From the NCBI RefSeq assembly GCF_009914755.1, contig NC_060928.1: a stretch of DNA of 64,000 nucleotides; one strand, 5' to 3'. Origin of the DNA: the human T2T-CHM13v2.0 reference genome, Homo sapiens. The notes beneath the pieces were generated by a model that searched no databases, was not told where the DNA came from, and was given only the letters and a program-made list of their open reading frames with translations. This document shows, piece after piece, positions 57,440 through 64,000 of the stretch (the first letter of the stretch is position 1; each line of letters begins with the position of its first letter). The translations under genes and the position numbers were made by a program.

Positions 57440-60400
57440 ATCAGTGATATTAGTATAGGATGTAGCTCCATGAGCCTATCTTACCACGGAAACACCAAAA
57501 AGTCAAGCATAAACTGTCAGAATAATCTTTAGATAGCTCCAAAAAACAGTCAAAACTGCTAACAAACTAAGAGAATGCTAAGTCAAGAAAAAGGCAAATT
57601 AAAAATGGTAGAAAAACTTTGCTACATTTTTACTTACCTTAGCACTCCCCCTTTCCCAGCTCAGCAGTGGTGCTGAAGACATAAGCCCATGATTTCAGAA
57701 ATTCTGGCTCTTAGAATAGCTGAAAATTATTACCAGTTATTGTAAGAGCCAGAATTTCTAAAAAATTCTATCCTCTAATAAAGTTTTCAATAACTGAGAA
57801 TTATTTTCAGGATTTTAAAAGCAGATTTTAGCAAGCAGAAAACATAATTAGAAAATTTGAAGGTAAGTCAATTGTAATTATCCACGTTGTTGAGTAAAAA
57901 TTTAAAAAAATTGACAAAAATGAACAAGCCTTATGAGATCTGTGGAATGCCATCAAAATACGCTATCTGCATAACAGTAGTCCCAGAAGAGGAGAGAGAA
58001 AAAAAGAAGGAAAATATTTGAAAAATAACAAGCAAAATCTCCCCAAATTTGATAAAATACATTAATTTACACATCCAATGAACGTTCTGAAGGACACAAA
58101 AACATCTGCACTGAGCCCAATTATAAAGAAACTTTTTACAAAGCAAGAATCCTGAAAACAGAGAGAAACAACTTGCCCTATTTAAAAAAAAAAACTTCAA
58201 TACAAATAACAGCTGATTTTTAAGCAGAAAACACAGAGGCCAGAGGTAGTTGGAAGATAAGTTTAACATGCTGATATAAAAATCATGTCCACCAATAATT
58301 CTGTATCAGATAAAACTACCTTTTGAAAATGAAATTGGAAAGGAAACATTTTCAGATAAAGGCTGTGTAAGTTTGATGCTAGTAGACCTTCACTCCAAGA
58401 AGTGCTAAAGGGAAATTTTGTGACAGAAATGAAAGGACTCTAGACAATTACTCAAAGCAACATGAAAAAAACAAAACAAAAAACACTGATAAAGGCAACT
58501 ACATAGGTAAATACAAAACCAGTATTATTGGACTGAGAGTAGTAGTTCCCTTTTTTGTTTTTCATTATGTCTTAATGAAAAGCAAAACCCAATAATTTTA
58601 AATATATATTAATGTGCATCCAATATATAAAGATGTAATTTGTGAAAACAACATAAAGGGAGAGGAATGAAGCTGTACGAAAAAGTGTTTTGGTATACTA
58701 TTAAGGCTATGATGATACTAATTCAACTAAATTGTTATAAATGTAAGAGTTTAATTTTTAAAACTGGGGGAAGCACTAAGAAAATATCTAAAAATATACA
58801 TAAAAGGAAACAAGAAGCAAATGAAAACAGTATACTATAAACATTAATTGAACACAAAATAAGGCAATAATGGAGAAAACTGAAGAACAAAAATATGTAA
58901 GATGTATGAAAAATAGAGAAGCATATTCTTCCTTACCATTAATTACTTTAAATCTAAATGGATTAAAGTCTTATTCAAAAGGAAGGGATTGGCAGAATGG
59001 ATAAAAATGGTGATTCAATTATATGCTATCTACAAGTAGTTTGCCTTAGGTTGAAGTAAAAAATCAGCTGAAAGTGAGAATATGAGAAAACATTCTGTGT
59101 AAGTAAGCAATAACCAAAAGAGAGGTGAGATGGTTGTATGATTATTATACAAAGTAGACAATACATCTAAAATTGTTACAGAAGACAAATAAGAACATTA
59201 TATATTGGTAAAAGGATCAATTCACCAAGAAGACATAATACTTACAAACATATATGCACCAAATCTCAGAGCCCTAAACTACATGAAGGGACCTTGGCAG
59301 CATTGAAGACAGAAATTTGCAGTTCTAGTTGCAGACTTCAATACCTCACTTTGAATACTGGAATAAGCAACTATATAAAAAATAATTATGAAATAAAGAA
59401 CTTTTCAAACACTACAAACCTAATAGACCTAATAGACATATAAGAAAAACTTCACCTCAAACAGCAGAGTATGCATTTTTCTCAAGTGCATAGAAAACAT
59501 GCCCCAGGATATGTTAGGCCACAAGACAAATCTCAATACTTGTATTTTAAAACATTCAATTAAAAAATTAAATAGTTCAAGGTATCTTAGCAACAATGAA
59601 ATAAAATAGAAATAAATAAGAGAAAAACCTGGACTATTCAGAAATGTAGGAATTTAACAACATATTCTTAAACAATCATGGCTAAAAGAAGAAATCAAAA
59701 GAGATATTAGGAAATACTTAGAGACAAAGAAAATGAAAGCATAACATGCTGAATTTTATGAGATGAAGAGAGAGAAGACTAAGAACTCATAGCTGTAAAT
59801 GCCTACATTAAAAAGAAGGAAGATCTCAAATCAATAATCTAACTATACACCTTAAGAAACTAGAAAAAGCAAAACAAAACCAAATCCAGTAGATGGAAAG
59901 AAATAATAAAGATTAGGACAGTAATAAATCAGAGAATAGAAAAAAAAAATAGAGAAAATCAATTAAACCCAAGTTGGTTCTTTGGAAAGATCAACATAAT
60001 TGACAAAAATTTAGCTTGACTCACTAAGAGAAAAAATTAAAAAGAAGATTCAAATTATTAAATTCAAAAGATAAAGTGGGATCATTAGTATAATCTTACT
60101 GAAATAAAAAGGATTACTGAAATAACATATAAAGAGACTAAATCAGTAATCAAAGACCTCCCAATCAAATATAGCCCAGGAGCTCATGATTGCTCCTGTT
60201 ACATCTACCAATTATGAGGAAGAATTACTCAATTCTTAACCTATTCCAAAAATGGAAAAAAGGAGAATATGCCCTAACTCATACTATGAAGCCAGAATAA
60301 CTGTCACACAAATTCCAGGGGGGAAAAAACCCTGCAGACCAATATTCTTTATGAATATAGATGCAAAATCTTAATCCTTGTTCTTGATCTCAATGTTTTT

Positions 60401-60890
60401 ACCTAAGACATTGGTGTCCATTTTTCACCAGTTCCAGCAAACACTGCACTAAAAGATCTAGACAAAGCAATTGGGAGAGGGAAGGCATAAAAGGCACTTA
60501 AATTGGAAAGGAAGAAGTAAAACTGTCATTATTCACATATGACATGATCTTATATGTCAAAATGCTAAATAAACCATAAAAATCAATTAGTGTTAATAAG
60601 CCAATTCGGCAAAGCTGCAGAACACATTATCGACACTGAGAAGTCTATTGTATTTCTACAAACTAGTGATACATAATACAAAATGGAAATGGAATTAAGA
60701 AAACCATCCCATTTACAGTAGCATGGAAAAGAATAAAACATCTAGGAATAAATTTAAATGAGAAGGTACAAGTCCTGTACATTGAAAATTATAACACTGT
60801 ATAAAAAAATCAAATTACCTATCAAAATGAAAGAAAATCCTATGCTCATGGATTTGAAGACTAAATATTAAGACTGCAATACTACCCCAA
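57440..60890 (+). mobile_element. Old L1M LINE-1 (5' region, ORF1, ORF2 EN and part of RT) with several deletions; non-functional
   Basis: Decayed ORF2 motifs: ITLNLNGL (~58942), NIYAPN (~59250), DFNT (~59335), SWFFGKIN (~59972), RPIFFMNIDAK (~60336), and LFTYDMILY in place of LFADDMIVY (~60530). Many stops and frameshifts. Confidence 0.9.
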
Positions 60891-61116
60891 ATTTTCATTA
60901 TAGCTTTCTAATAGTAATATATTATTATATTTTGATAGTTTCAATGCTAAGAAGTTTGCTTACAAACAGTATACTTGTTATTAGTTTTAAGATGTTCTGG
61001 CTATTTTTGTAGTTTTAACATAATATGATTAATTATGAATTTGTTTCCATTTATTCTGCTCATGTTATTTTAATGATTACTCAAGTGACTGGTATTTAAT
61101 TCTGATAAATTATTGA

Positions 61117-61487
<371 letters not shown>

Positions 61488-63104
61488 CATAACCACTGTA
61501 TCTTTACCTGCTCTGTAAATATATTATTTTCCTTTCCATTAAGTTCTCAGACAAATTGTTGGCTTCCTTTTTCCACTGCCTTGAGTTGCTGGATAAAGTT
61601 TTCCTAGTTCTCTTTTGATAGGTAGAGCATCAATTTAAGGCTCGTGTTTCTGCAGGGTTCTAAAATAATTTCCAACCTTTTAATGTGTAAATTAATTACT
61701 CCTTTCTCTGCAATGCCAATGCTCAGCCTCCAAGTTCTATCTGGATACGAAACTCTGCTGAGTTATCTAGCTTCAGCTTGCATTTAATTCTGAAATTGGA
61801 TGTATTTATAGCTAGAAGTTGCTTGTTGATAACAACATATGCTACTATTTTGCAAGAAGATTCTAGCATTTAAATATAGTTATCATTTTACTGGTACATC
61901 CTAATGTGAACTCCCAGTGGTCTTCTGTGTTGGCCTCAGATTCATGTTAACATATATTGCCAGTATAAAAAAAATCTATTTTACATTTATAATTAAAAAT
62001 TAGAAAAAAATTTAAAAGACTAAAACTTTATTTTTAAATTTATTTCATAAAGTGAAACATAGTTCACATCATAAAAATAATATAATGGTGAAGTGTAATT
62101 GAGTAACTGTTGGTTAATTAGAAAAGAATACAAGCAGACATAAACAATATACTATATATTTTAGCCAAGCAAGGTCAAATGATGTCAGACTATGCTATAA
62201 TATTATTTATCATAGAGTTGTACAGAGAAATTGGATAGAAAATTACGTTATAAAAAGTTGCTATATATATGTATATGTATATTTTAAACTCAATATCTTT
62301 ATCACAGTAACATGTATCATACATACATTTAAAGTAATTGTTTGGTTTTAGCAAAATAATACCTCTTAAGGTAAGACAATGGTGTAATTTTTGATATTAC
62401 TAGCTTTATAGTTTGGTTAGTATTTAATTTATAATTTTGTTTGTTTTTATGTATTTAGAATAGTTATTCATATATGAAGTTTATAATTAGCTATAGATTT
62501 ATATTAAAATATAATAATTTAGGTGAATGTTTATAATATTCAAAGGCCCCTTAATAATTTTAATATATAAAGTGATATTTATATTTTATATTCATTTTGG
62601 GAAAATTACACAGAAAATTTTTAGGATTGCATAATCTCAGAAAATACATGACAGCAGAAGATTCATACAGTAAGTGTTTTATTATCTCAGGTAGTATACA
62701 CTGGATGAATTAAAGGTAAAAGGTAAGCATCTCAGTCTACTTATAATAACTCTATGTAAGTTTTATTTGCACTGGCTATCAGCCACAAAAAAGGAAAACT
62801 TCTTCCTCCTGCTCTCTTCTTCCACTGCCCAGACAAATACTACTTATACTAAATTTCAGGCTAATCATTTTTTTGTGTGTGAATTAAGCTCCACAATGAT
62901 CTAATTGCAACTTGTAAAGTTGTTTTGTGAAAACATGTGTTATATGTTGCATGCTATAGTTGAGAACTCTATAAATAATTCAGGGATTGACGGCACATAA
63001 GGATTTGACATGTTATCATAGATTTTCTCTAGATCCTTTTATTGAGCTAGCATGAAAGAAGATGTAGGTTTACAATAAATGTGATCACATAAAATTAATT
63101 ACTA

Positions 63105-63556
<452 letters not shown>

Positions 63557-64000
63557 TGAGAAGTCTTTACAAAACTTTCTTATTATAATTATAATTTAAA
63601 TTTTCCTAATGATCTTCTTCTGGTTCTGACCAACAATATTGCATTTTCATTTGCATAAAATAACATATGGTATATATTTCCACAAAAATAAAAAAGAAGT
63701 TTGTCTATGATTTCTTTATTGACTCACCACATATTTTTTCCTATGCAATATAAAGTAACCATATTTCAAATTTCTTTATCAGAGTAGTTATAAGCCAGTC
63801 TCATATGTTCATTCGTTAACATTTTAAAAAGTGATGATTCTAAATTGTACATTCTCCAATCTTGTCTGGTGCCTTGTGAACTTTGAGTCATAGTGATTAA
63901 TTTTGTATCCATTAATTGCTGTCCTTCTCCCACCTACTTCTGTTATTATGGCTTCAGAAGACATGAAACTTTAACAAAGTTACTCAGTTATGTTAAGCAG

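Overview
AT-rich, CpG-depleted primate (very probably human) genomic DNA, almost all intronic. One real coding exon is present: a 249-bp, phase 1-1 exon on the minus strand (38042-38290) with canonical splice sites. It encodes the follistatin/Kazal-like module of FSTL5 (follistatin-like 5), recognised from memory of the protein sequence. The rest is intron filled with interspersed repeats: about 17 Alus, a THE1A MaLR provirus with a truncated 3' LTR, other MaLR and ERV1 LTRs, old L1M and L2 LINEs, MIRs, MER58A, MER5A and half-MADE1 DNA elements, and microsatellites. All other ORFs in the track look like repeat-derived or chance ORFs. I found no convincing novel multi-gene system. The best leads are: a gap-free 112-nt fold-back inside an L2; the symmetric exon, which would give a stop-free circular ORF if back-spliced and is flanked by inverted Alus; a THE1A LTR with an intact DUX4-type motif and degraded poly(A) signals pointing antisense at the exon; a 63-nt hairpin in an L1; and a 139-bp tandem duplication with asymmetric CpG decay. 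Repeat subfamily names and boundaries are by eye and approximate.
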